Shown one piece after another: positions 37,829 to 46,005 of a stretch of 64,000 nt of DNA. Location: the IMG/VR virus record IMGVR_UViG_3300027760_000001; one strand, 5' to 3'. A program made the translations under genes and the position numbers. The notes beneath the pieces are model-generated. The model searched no databases, was not told the origin of the DNA, and worked only from the letters and a program-made list of their open reading frames with translations. Position 1 is the stretch's first letter; each line of letters starts with the position of its first letter. This DNA comes from an uncultured virus (IMG/VR IMGVR_UViG_3300027760_000001) (lineage: Duplodnaviria > Heunggongvirae > Uroviricota > Caudoviricetes).

Positions 37829-37900
37829 AGAAATGTTACAGAGGAGGCTCCTGCATCCTCTTTCAGGCTATTGTTCTTTCAACGAGGCGAGAGCCTCTCC
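37825..37900 (+). promoter_or_regulatory. Cassette promoter A (HLR1-like box, hairpin, TATTGT)
   Basis: GTGAAGAA-AT-GTTACAGA; TATTGT at 37869. Confidence 0.7.
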
Positions 37901-37913
37901 TTCGCTTTCAGCC

Positions 37914-38111
37914 ATGACCACTCTCTTCATCGCATTTTCCTGGAAGCTGCTGCTGCCCCTGCTGGTGGTAGTGGCGCTGCTCGACTGGCTCACGGCCAGT
38001 GACTGCCGTAAGGTGGGCCTGCTTCGCCAACGTGGCATGTCGCAACGTGCCATAGCTTCTCGCCTTGGCATCAGCCGCCATGCCGTCAGCAAGCTTTGTA
38101 AAGCTTTGTAA
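37914..38111 (+). CDS. Membrane-anchored HTH protein
   Basis: Hydrophobic N-terminus; GMSQRAIASRLGISRHAV. Confidence 0.7.
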   Translation: MTTLFIAFSWKLLLPLLVVVALLDWLTASDCRKVGLLRQRGMSQRAIASRLGISRHAVSKLCKAL

Positions 38112-38170
38112 CAAGCAGACTTCGTTGGACCTGCTTGGTTGTATTGTTGTTTCAACGGGCGCGAGCCCTT
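38095..38170 (+). promoter_or_regulatory. Cassette promoter B (perfect HLR1 on - strand)
   Basis: Reverse complement GTTACAAA-GC-TTTACAAA; TATTGT at 38142. Confidence 0.75.
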
Positions 38171-38186
38171 CCTTCACTTTTCGGCC

Positions 38187-38465
38187 ATGACCTTCAAATT
38201 CACTGCCATCGCTCCGAAACTGAATATCAACGGCACCAGCGGCATCGAGCTGCGTGATGAATATGCCAAGGCACATGCTGCCATTGAGGCTGCCATGGAC
38301 GCCCTGGCCAATGCCACGCTCAATGGTCGCGACTTTCAAACCATGGACGATGGGGCGAATGTGTTCCAGGCTGCCCGCGACCAGCGCTGCGCTGCCATGG
38401 ACCACCTCTGGGAAGCTCAGCTCTACGTGGGCGAAGTGCTGGAGCAGATCTGCGACCAACTGTGA
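38187..38465 (+). CDS. Hypothetical protein
   Basis: LNINGTS..NGRDFQ; single-gene cassette. Confidence 0.7.
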   Translation: MTFKFTAIAPKLNINGTSGIELRDEYAKAHAAIEAAMDALANATLNGRDFQTMDDGANVFQAARDQRCAAMDHLWEAQLYVGEVLEQICDQL

Positions 38466-38535
38466 ACAAATGTTACAGAGGGGCGGCAACGCCCCCTATT
38501 CAGACTATTGTTGTTTCAACGGGCCGCGAGGTCCA
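38462..38535 (+). promoter_or_regulatory. Cassette promoter C
   Basis: GTGAACAA-AT-GTTACAGA; TATTGT at 38506. Confidence 0.7.
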
Positions 38536-38555
38536 CCACCCCCCTTCCAAGCACC

Positions 38556-38882
38556 ATGACCATTTCTTTCGACATGCCTTCGATGACCTTCTGGGCCAAG
38601 GCTACCAGCCAGGAGCTGGCCATGCTTGACCTGCAGGAGCTGCATAGCCACATCTTTGGCGCCCATCCTGATACCACCATTGCTTTCCTTGAATGGCTGC
38701 CTGAGTCTGACGCTTCTACCGATGTCAAGGAGCAAGGAGCCCGCAAGCTCACCATGATGCAAGCCCCCAATCGCTATTGCAACGAAGATTGCGACAAGCG
38801 AGGCACCATGCTGTCCTGGGCTTTGCACAATGTGCCTGCTGGCCTGTGGCACCGCTTCCGCAACTCAGTTGCCTATGGCTAA
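38556..38882 (+). CDS. Hypothetical protein
   Basis: Single-gene cassette. Confidence 0.65.
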   Translation: MTISFDMPSMTFWAKATSQELAMLDLQELHSHIFGAHPDTTIAFLEWLPESDASTDVKEQGARKLTMMQAPNRYCNEDCDKRGTMLSWALHNVPAGLWHRFRNSVAYG

Positions 38883-38950
38883 GCATTGTTACAAAGGGCT
38901 GGTAACAGCCCTTTCTGGCTCTATTGTTTTTTTCACGAGGCGCGAGCCTT
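38878..38950 (+). promoter_or_regulatory. Cassette promoter D
   Basis: GCTAAGCA-TT-GTTACAAA; TATTGT at 38922. Confidence 0.7.
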
Positions 38951-38965
38951 TCCTTTTCTTTCACC

Positions 38966-39268
38966 ATGGAAACCCTTTCTTTCAACATTGATTCGCTATC
39001 TTCCACCGAGGGGCAGTGGTGGCACGACCGCTCCTTTCCTGGCATGGAGCGCCGCACTAGCCTCATGGCCGGCAGCCACAATCATTGGCTCTGGACCACC
39101 AGCATCCGCGATGCTGCCACTCGTCGCATCATTGCCCATAAGTTCTGGGCCAGCGCTCGCAACAGTCGCGAGCCCTTGGCAGTGTTCGATTCTGTTGAGC
39201 AACGCCACGAATGGCTAGAGCGCCAGTGGGAAGCTATGGAGGAGGCCGATAAACTCTGGGCTGCTTGA
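38966..39268 (+). CDS. Hypothetical protein (Trp-rich)
   Basis: Single-gene cassette. Confidence 0.65.
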   Translation: METLSFNIDSLSSTEGQWWHDRSFPGMERRTSLMAGSHNHWLWTTSIRDAATRRIIAHKFWASARNSREPLAVFDSVEQRHEWLERQWEAMEEADKLWAA

Positions 39269-39313
39269 TCGCTCCTGGGGCCTCCCAAGGCCCCTACAAT
39301 CTTCTCTTTCCCC

Positions 39314-39862
39314 ATGGAAACCTTCGACATCATCATCACCGATCCGCCATGGTCTTATTATGGTGCCCAAGACAAAATGGGAGCTTGCGGCAAAGAATAC
39401 GACACTCTCAATGATGATGACATTCGGCAATGGAAGTATCCTCTTTCAAAGAATGGCCTGCTATTTATGTGGGCAACTTGCCCTCGCCTTGATTTTGCCA
39501 TGGATTGTATCAAGCAGCATGGTTTGCATTATCGAGGCGTGGCCTTCGTATGGGTGAAAACTAAGAAAGATGGTTCTCCCATTGGAGCGCAAGGCGTGAG
39601 GCCTTCAACTGTGAAGCCCGTAGTGGAGATGGTGCTAGTTGCTTCTCCCCAAAGAATTGGACGCCCATTGAAGCTTCATGATGAATCCATTAGGCAGATT
39701 GTTTTCGCTCCAAAAGGCGAACATAGCCAAAAGCCTGAAGAAATTCAAAGCCGCATTGAGCTGATGTATCCAGATGCCACCAAAGCTGAATACTTCGCTC
39801 GTCGTCGCAGGCAGGGCTGGACATGCTTCGGCAATCAACTTGACAAGCTTCCTTCCTGCTAA
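39314..39862 (+). CDS. MT-A70 family N6-adenine methyltransferase
   Basis: DPPW, LFMWAT, FVWVK, HSQKP, EYFAR, GWTCFGNQ. Confidence 0.9.
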   Translation: METFDIIITDPPWSYYGAQDKMGACGKEYDTLNDDDIRQWKYPLSKNGLLFMWATCPRLDFAMDCIKQHGLHYRGVAFVWVKTKKDGSPIGAQGVRPSTVKPVVEMVLVASPQRIGRPLKLHDESIRQIVFAPKGEHSQKPEEIQSRIELMYPDATKAEYFARRRRQGWTCFGNQLDKLPSC

Positions 39863-39885
39863 TCTCTTTCCCCATCGAACCAACC

Positions 39886-40194
39886 ATGCACACCATCCGC
39901 ACCTACACGGACAACGGCCCCTATTTCGGAACCAGCAGAGGCAAGTATCAAGCAACTTCGCTCAAGGAAGTGATCTTCCATTGCAGGCTCGCCATGGAAG
40001 ACCAAGAGGAACTTATCGGCCTCTTCGATGCCAAGGGCACGTGCAAAGGCTTCTGGGAAGCTGAGAGCGAGGCTGAGAGCGATGGGGAAGGCGGCATGCA
40101 ATGCTCTCCCATCAGCTACGTGCTGCGGCGTCCTGACGCCACCAGGGCTCCATCCAAGGCTCGCTTTGATCGTCTCTCCGCTTTCATGCAATGA
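39886..40194 (+). CDS. Hypothetical protein
   Basis: ORF in + strand run. Confidence 0.6.
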   Translation: MHTIRTYTDNGPYFGTSRGKYQATSLKEVIFHCRLAMEDQEELIGLFDAKGTCKGFWEAESEAESDGEGGMQCSPISYVLRRPDATRAPSKARFDRLSAFMQ

Positions 40195-40439
40195 CAGTTC
40201 TTTCCATTGACTGGTGGATGTACGATGATGAGCTTGAAGCCATCAAGGTGCATGCCATGGTTGAAGATGCAGTGGTAGAAAGCGCCACTTACGACAGCCC
40301 TGAAATCTATCGTGCTGGCCTTTGTGAAGCCATCATCATGACTGACAAAGCTGACTGGCCTAAGCGTGAAGTGGATCAACTTCACTGGCTTGAACAAAAC
40401 AGTCCTGATTGGACCCTCATTTTCAAAGGACACTGGTAA
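40191..40439 (+). CDS. Hypothetical protein
   Basis: ATGA-coupled. Confidence 0.6.
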   Translation: MTVLSIDWWMYDDELEAIKVHAMVEDAVVESATYDSPEIYRAGLCEAIIMTDKADWPKREVDQLHWLEQNSPDWTLIFKGHW

Positions 40440-40441
40440 TC

Positions 40442-41020
40442 ATGAAAGTTCTCATTGCCTGTGAATACTCCGGCACTGTCAGAGACGCCTTCCTCGCACA
40501 AGGCCATGAAGCCATTAGCTGCGATTTGCTCCCCTCTGACACCCCTGGCCCGCACTATCAAGGCGATGTGCGCAACATCTTGGGAGATGGTTTTGATTTA
40601 ATGATTGCACATCCACCTTGCACTCATTTAGCTGTGAGTGGAGCACGATGGTTCAAAGACAAGCAAGTGGAACAAGCTGAGGCTCTTGATTTCGTGCGCT
40701 TGCTTCTTGGTGCTCCCATTGAAAAGATTGCCTTAGAAAATCCTATTAGCATAATTTCTTCTCGCATTCGTAAGCCTAATCAAATTATTCAACCTTGGCA
40801 ATTCGGCCACCCAGAATCCAAGAGCACTTGTCTTTGGCTGAAGAATCTTCCTTCTCTTATTCCCACAGATATTTTACCCTTGCCAAGTAGCGGTAGATGG
40901 AGCAATCAAACTCCAAGTGGGCAGAACAAACTTAGCCCTAGTGAAGATCGTTGGAAGCTTCGCAGTGCCACTTACAAAGGCATTGCACAAGCCATGGCAG
41001 ACCAATGGGGGAACGGCTGA
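40442..41020 (+). CDS. Compact DNA cytosine-C5 methyltransferase-like protein
   Basis: MKVLIACEYSG, AHPPC, LENP, GIAQAMADQWG. Confidence 0.82.
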   Translation: MKVLIACEYSGTVRDAFLAQGHEAISCDLLPSDTPGPHYQGDVRNILGDGFDLMIAHPPCTHLAVSGARWFKDKQVEQAEALDFVRLLLGAPIEKIALENPISIISSRIRKPNQIIQPWQFGHPESKSTCLWLKNLPSLIPTDILPLPSSGRWSNQTPSGQNKLSPSEDRWKLRSATYKGIAQAMADQWGNG

Positions 41021-41184
41021 TGCTATTAGTTGAGTTCTTTTGTGAAGAGAGCTGCAAGGGCACTGAGCTGCTAGAAGGCTGGTACTGGCACCAAGACGAT
41101 GGGGAAGGCATTGGAGGGCCTTTCAAGAGCCAGGATGCAGCTTGCGAAGCCGCTAGAAATGCAGAGGGTTGGCATTGTGTTTGA
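41020..41184 (+). CDS. Hypothetical protein (54 aa)
   Basis: TGATG-coupled; GWYW..GPFKSQDAA. Confidence 0.55.
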   Translation: MLLVEFFCEESCKGTELLEGWYWHQDDGEGIGGPFKSQDAACEAARNAEGWHCV

Positions 41185-41193
41185 AGCAAGAAT

Positions 41194-41277
41194 GGATCCG
41201 GCCAGGATTGTATTGAATCCGGCTGGAACTGTATTGGATCCGGCTGGAGGCGTATCGGGTCCGGCTGGAGGCGTATC
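41194..41277. repeat. Four tandem 21-bp repeats
   Basis: Consensus GGATCCGGCTGGANNYGTATY. Confidence 0.9.
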
Positions 41278-41290
41278 AAACGAAGGTCAA

Positions 41291-41466
41291 TTTAAGGATT
41301 TTCACCTTTCCTTAAGTTTTCTCACCAAATTTTAAGTTTCACCAAATTTCAAGGATTCTCGCCAAATTTCAAGGATTCTCACCTTGCCTTAAGTTTCGCC
41401 AAATTCCAAGGATTCTCATCTTGCCTTAAGGATTCTCACCTTGCCTTAAGGATTCTCACCGGAATT
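41291..41466. repeat. Mosaic array of about nine 17-21 bp repeats
   Basis: Units built from AAGGATTCTCAC or AAGTTTC heads and CAAATT or CTTGCC tails. Confidence 0.85.
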
Positions 41467-41532
41467 TAATTCTTAATTCTGATCGCCGAACCGTTGTATC
41501 CGCCGATACATCCTATTCCCCATTGGCGAACC

Positions 41533-41585
41533 GTTGTAAATAATTGTAACGATGGGGCGGATTGTCGCCTGTCTCATGGCATCAT
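41533..41585 (+). promoter_or_regulatory. HLR1-like box with -10-like element
   Basis: Reverse complement GTTACAAT-TA-TTTACAAC; TGG-CATCAT at the same 34-nt offset. Confidence 0.5.
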
Positions 41586-41780
41586 CCCGCGCACGTGCGC
41601 GGTTCAATTTTCGCTGCCATGGGCCAGCGGTTCCCTAGCACTGTGGCCGGTAGCACCAGGCAGCGCAACGTCGGCAGTCTGCGGACAGTTTAGAAATTGA
41701 CCCTAGTCTGTGGCGGTTGACGCCATGGCGGCCCATAGTGTGGGAACCGACGGCGGCGACGCCGACGGCCTACCCACCGC

Positions 41781-41981
41781 TTGAAATTTCCAATGCTAAT
41801 TGTCTGCGCTACGTCTGGGACAGTTCTCAGTGCTTCAAATTGCTACATCTTAGATGATTATCAGGTTACAGACGAATTCTTTGATACCGACCAATTGTCA
41901 GATTCTGAATTTGCGGAATTTGCTAAACAATTTGGAACTAGACTGACGCGCCAGAATCTTAAGCTGTCCGGTCAGTCCTAA
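41781..41981 (+). CDS. Hypothetical protein
   Basis: ORF in AATT-rich segment. Confidence 0.55.
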   Translation: MKFPMLIVCATSGTVLSASNCYILDDYQVTDEFFDTDQLSDSEFAEFAKQFGTRLTRQNLKLSGQS

Positions 41982-42006
41982 CATCTAATTCTTTAACTTT
42001 ACCACC

Positions 42007-42192
42007 TTGCAATTGATTATGAGTTTCCTGCCGTCAGCCCGTGGTGCCGCAGTGATCGCGGCAATCTGCCTTGGTCCAATTGTTGCGTTATTTGTTGTCA
42101 GTCTGGCAATTGAGGATCATAGAAATTTCACCTACTGTCGCTTGTATGGTTTCGGCGTCGATGCTTGCTTACTGAAAATTAACGGCCGTTAA
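42007..42192 (+). CDS. Small membrane protein
   Basis: Hydrophobic segment, Cys pair. Confidence 0.55.
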   Translation: MQLIMSFLPSARGAAVIAAICLGPIVALFVVSLAIEDHRNFTYCRLYGFGVDACLLKINGR

Positions 42193-42232
42193 TTCTCTCA
42201 ATTTTCAACCTTACCATCCTGCAATTCCGACC

Positions 42233-43111
42233 ATGCTTGCCATTAATTCCCGTGCCAAGTCTCCCGCCTCAATTGCCACACTGTGTGAGAAATTTGCCAT
42301 TAATTACCGGGAAATTCTTAGCGTCAATCCGAAGACTGAGAAATCGGCAATCCAGACTTATATCCTCCACCTAGCACCGGCTGATATCAGCGGACACAAC
42401 GTGTGTCCAGGTGCTGGAAATTGCAGGGCAATTTGCCTGCATTTCGCGGGAAATCTTGTGCACATGGGAGGAAAGCAAACGATGAGAATTCGCCGAACCT
42501 TAGCCTACTTCTACAGCCCGGAGTCCTTTGTAAAGTTGCTCATTATGGCAATTCTGCACAAGCAGAATTTGCACAAGGGAGAGAATATTGCCATCCGGTT
42601 GAATGGAACTAGCGACATCCCATGGGAAACAATCGACGTGACAATCGACGCGGAATTTGCTGCATTCTGCCGCGTTAAATTTGGTGCCATTCTGCCGATT
42701 GGCAAGCGTAACATAATGGAAATTTTTAACCACAAGCTAAAAGATTGTGGCGGTGATAGCGTGCAATTTTACGATTACACTAAGATCAGGCACAATTGGG
42801 CAGAATGCAAAAGAATAGGCTATCACCTGACGTTCAGTTATGACGGCCACGGTAATTCAGCCAACCATAAATTAGCCGCGTCAGCTATCACTGCCGGGGT
42901 CAATGTTGCCGCTTGTTTTAACGTCAAGAGAGGGCGTGACTTGCCATCGCTTGCTTATCTTGGCAATCGCAAATTCCGAGTGGTTGACGGTGACCTGACG
43001 GATTATCGGCCGGCCGATCCTGCGGGATACGTAATTGTCGGCCTGAGATTCAAATTGCCGCATGGCATTAATTACACTGACGCACAAAAAGAGGCGTTCT
43101 GTATGGGCTAA
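42233..43111 (+). CDS. GP88-family protein (radical-SAM-like Cys cluster)
   Basis: NVCPGAGNCRAICL, IRLNGTSDI, FYDYTK, YHLTFS, VDGDLTDYR. Confidence 0.8.
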   Translation: MLAINSRAKSPASIATLCEKFAINYREILSVNPKTEKSAIQTYILHLAPADISGHNVCPGAGNCRAICLHFAGNLVHMGGKQTMRIRRTLAYFYSPESFVKLLIMAILHKQNLHKGENIAIRLNGTSDIPWETIDVTIDAEFAAFCRVKFGAILPIGKRNIMEIFNHKLKDCGGDSVQFYDYTKIRHNWAECKRIGYHLTFSYDGHGNSANHKLAASAITAGVNVAACFNVKRGRDLPSLAYLGNRKFRVVDGDLTDYRPADPAGYVIVGLRFKLPHGINYTDAQKEAFCMG

Positions 43112-43183
43112 CCGTCGCATCATTGCCCGGCTTCAATTAGCCGGGCCTGTCTACTCTGCCGTTCCAATTTACTAATTGCCGCC

Positions 43184-43408
43184 ATGGCTTCGACTATTCA
43201 AAGGGAGCTTTATTTCGACCAGTTTCTAGTGTGGTGCTACGTGCCAAACTATAATTTAACAGGCTGGGAGTTGCCCTACGTTGTAGAGAATTCCTGCCCT
43301 AGTCTGGCGGACGCTCACTCTCACGCTCGGACGCTACGGCTACACTATCCCGGCCATCTTTTCTCCGTTACCACTGGCAAGTTTCCCAAGCCTGCAATTA
43401 ACCCATGA
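43184..43408 (+). CDS. Hypothetical protein
   Basis: ORF in + strand run. Confidence 0.55.
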   Translation: MASTIQRELYFDQFLVWCYVPNYNLTGWELPYVVENSCPSLADAHSHARTLRLHYPGHLFSVTTGKFPKPAINP

Positions 43409-43587
43409 CTCCCCTAATTCCCACTGCATTAACTGATCGCAACCCTCCCGCAGATGCTTACAATTTTGAGGGCAAGTGCTGGTATGGTGCTAACGATTGC
43501 GGGCAAATTTGCTGGCAACTGCTAGATTCTCCCACTTGCGCAGATACGCACTGGCTTCCGTGGTGGGCCATCCCTGCCGTCCCGTAG
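43405..43587 (+). CDS. DUF551-like small protein
   Basis: EGKCW..THWLP. Confidence 0.55.
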   Translation: MTPLIPTALTDRNPPADAYNFEGKCWYGANDCGQICWQLLDSPTCADTHWLPWWAIPAVP

Positions 43588-43596
43588 CACTGCAGG

Positions 43597-43630
43597 AGAG
43601 GCCCCTAGGATCGCTTCTAAGGGGCCTCTC
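43597..43630 (+). terminator. Strong hairpin after the last AATT-segment gene
   Basis: GAGAGGCCCCT/AGGGGCCTCTC; no U-run. Confidence 0.5.
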
Positions 43631-43749
43631 CCCTAGGTTAGGTTGAACCGTGGCCAGGATGGGCGATCGTAGGCTCTGGCAGGGTACAGAGCCGAGACAG
43701 GGAGAATCCCCCTAAATATAGCAAATTCTCACCAACTAAAAATATAATT

Positions 43750-43799
43750 ATTACAAATTGTTACAGTTTTCCAGGCTTGCGCGTTTGCCATGGTAGAGT
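43750..43799 (+). promoter_or_regulatory. HLR1-like box with -10 element
   Basis: ATTACAAA-TT-GTTACAGT; TGG-TAGAGT at the same 34-nt offset. Confidence 0.55.
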
Positions 43800-43848
43800 A
43801 AGCTGCAGAGCAGTAACCGGGAGGCTAGGCAAGTCGGGGCCGGGGTAT

Positions 43849-43935
43849 CCCAATTATACGGGCGGCATAATTTTCATCGACTTTTGATTTTCCCAATTAA
43901 AGCGGGGCGTAATTTTTCATCGACTTTTGATTTTT
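43849..43935. repeat. Imperfect direct repeat, 2 x about 43 bp
   Basis: CCCAATTA...TAATTTTCATCGACTTTTGATTTT twice. Confidence 0.85.
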
Positions 43936-44013
43936 CCTTCAACAATGGCGAGAAGCCAGTCGGCACTGTCCGAACGATCTAGCCTGAGCGAGAAGAGAGT
44001 GAGGACACTATGG

Positions 44014-44559
44014 CTAGAACACTATGTCCTTTAATTGCTGTTCCGCCATATATTTAACAATACGACAATGCTCTTCTATTGTTCCATTACTTTTAATTGC
44101 ATTTCCTCTATGACTAAGAAAAGCGCAGTTACCAGGAACGTAGCCAAGAGAAGGAATAACTCTATCCAAAGAAGGGCTATTTGGGGTCGGGTGATCATTA
44201 ACCACTTGACGCCTTTCCCAGTCCAACGGTTCTTTAGTAATAGGACAATGAGAAATAACTAATGATTCTAAATACTCAATAGTTAAATTACAGGGGATAC
44301 TTTGATCACGCGCTCGCCTCTTAGCATGTTCTATTGTCCTTCGTAATACACTGCGAAGATCATTTTTAATGCGCTGTCTATAGGCTTGTCTTCTCAATTT
44401 GCCTTGATCCGAGATTCCGTAACGAGAAGCAGCAGTACGCCTGCAGTCTTTGCATCCACTTTCGTGCCCACATTTTCTTGTGTTACTTTTATAGAAATCC
44501 TCTATCTTTTTTTCTTTTTTACATTTTGAGCAAACCACCAGAGCGGTAAGTGAGTTCAT
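44014..44559 (-). CDS. HNH-type (beta-beta-alpha) endonuclease with N-terminal Zn finger
   Basis: CSKCK..CKDC; PSLDRVIPSLGYVPGNC..NAIKS. Confidence 0.8.
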   Translation of the reverse strand: MNSLTALVVCSKCKKEKKIEDFYKSNTRKCGHESGCKDCRRTAASRYGISDQGKLRRQAYRQRIKNDLRSVLRRTIEHAKRRARDQSIPCNLTIEYLESLVISHCPITKEPLDWERRQVVNDHPTPNSPSLDRVIPSLGYVPGNCAFLSHRGNAIKSNGTIEEHCRIVKYMAEQQLKDIVF

Positions 44560-45023
44560 GGATGCAGTAAAAGTTGCTTGGCAATTTAGGGATCATACTC
44601 GGTTTCTCGATAAATGGCAGTTATCAGGAAAACAACTATTTCTTTGCCATTGTCTTAGGACGCATCGAGCTGGTAGCTCCCCAAGAGCGTCTGTCATTGC
44701 GTCCTTTCTTTTGTTTTTTATTGTATTGCCTTATTTTTTCTTCCTGGCTGTGTGCGATCACACCTTCAGCGGGTAAAGCTCTCGCTAAAGAAGTATTGAA
44801 AAGGTGGTTAGGAAGGAGCCCTAGGAACGTGGTCGCTTGGGGCTCTGCGCGTAGGGCTCCTTGGCGGAGGTGCTTGGTACTGTGTACGAGGCTCCTGAGC
44901 GAACTGGATTAAGCATAGTGCTTCTCCAATACCTAGTATAAATTGTGACGAAAGGAGCTTTTTACTCCCGAGAGCAAAAGCGCGCTAGTATTGAAGGGCA
45001 TTCTCAGTTTTCGGGAGTAAAAC

Positions 45024-45749
45024 ATGGGCACTATGCCAGTCAGGAAAGTGGCTAAAAAGCAAAATGAAGGCTGGGTGTACGTCGTCCAGTGGGAAAATGA
45101 TCCTTACGCAGTCAAAATTGGTTTTACTACAGACTTGAAAGGGCGATTCTCAACATTTCTCACTGCATGTCGTCATCGCCTAGTCGTCCTCAAAGCTTTT
45201 GGTGCCAACATGGAAGATGAGAAGCTTTTGCACGAGCGTTTCGATGGGTGTAGGGATAGCAGGGAATGGTTCCTCCTTACGCCAGGCTTGCAACGTTTCA
45301 TTCAGCAAGACATGCCTTGTCAGACAAAGGAGGCTCAGGCCAGTATTGGCAGATGGATGGATGATTGCGTGAAGTGGCATCCAATGGCGGCGACCAAAAG
45401 GGAACTCTTGGAGGCTGCACAAAAAACTCATCGAATTCCTCCTTTCATTGTCAATGCCCGCACCTATGTGATTTGGGCTCTTAATGATATTGATAGCAAT
45501 GGCTTCTTTTCTACGTCTAATGGTATTATTAACCACCCATCAAATAAAGGACTATATGAAGCAAAAACCATTTACAACTGCTTAGCCTCCATTGTCGAAG
45601 AAGGTTTGGCAATTAAAAACACAGCCAAGTGCTATCGTCTGACAGCATTGGGAGAAAAAATACTGTTAGATGCGGAAGATGATTATGAAAACAGTCGGCC
45701 CAAAAGAAAAAGCGCTTTTTCCACTCGTCTCGGTAGGGGTATGGCCTGA
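45024..45749 (+). CDS. T5orf172/GIY-YIG-like domain fused to a winged-helix-like C-terminus
   Basis: GWVYVV..VKIGFT..EKLLHERF..EWF; IYNCLASIVEEGL..YRLTALG. Confidence 0.75.
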   Translation: MGTMPVRKVAKKQNEGWVYVVQWENDPYAVKIGFTTDLKGRFSTFLTACRHRLVVLKAFGANMEDEKLLHERFDGCRDSREWFLLTPGLQRFIQQDMPCQTKEAQASIGRWMDDCVKWHPMAATKRELLEAAQKTHRIPPFIVNARTYVIWALNDIDSNGFFSTSNGIINHPSNKGLYEAKTIYNCLASIVEEGLAIKNTAKCYRLTALGEKILLDAEDDYENSRPKRKSAFSTRLGRGMA

Positions 45750-45991
45750 TGGGATACCACGAGCCACAAGAAGCCTTGATCACAGTGACGCAGCAATGGA
45801 AGCTGCACGTGCCATCCAGGCGTTATTTCACTACGGCCTTAAGAGAAATTGAGAAGGCGATGAAGCCCACTCGCACATGCCTCTGGAAGCTTGGAGGGGC
45901 GAAGTGCAATGGCTACCAGGCCGACCTTTTGTCTTTCTCCATTAACCACCAGCTTGACACTGCGTCTGAGCCCTCCTATCCTGATTGGTGA
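45749..45991 (+). CDS. Hypothetical protein
   Basis: TGATG-coupled. Confidence 0.45.
   Translation: MGYHEPQEALITVTQQWKLHVPSRRYFTTALREIEKAMKPTRTCLWKLGGAKCNGYQADLLSFSINHQLDTASEPSYPDW
45954..45982 (+). promoter_or_regulatory. Sigma70-type promoter
   Basis: TTGACA-N17-TATCCT. Confidence 0.65.
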
Positions 45992-46005
45992 CCTGCTTCT
46001 CTTTC

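Noticed and set aside
37824..37840. NtcA or CRP site
   Set aside because: TGTGA-N7-TTACA is one base too long for either palindrome; the direct-repeat reading fits the six sites better.
36491..38852. Long antisense ORFs in the early region
   Set aside because: Shadows of GC-rich + strand genes that have clear promoters.
41194..41466. CRISPR or mini-CRISPR array
   Set aside because: Repeats are contiguous and degenerate with no unique spacers; no cas genes.
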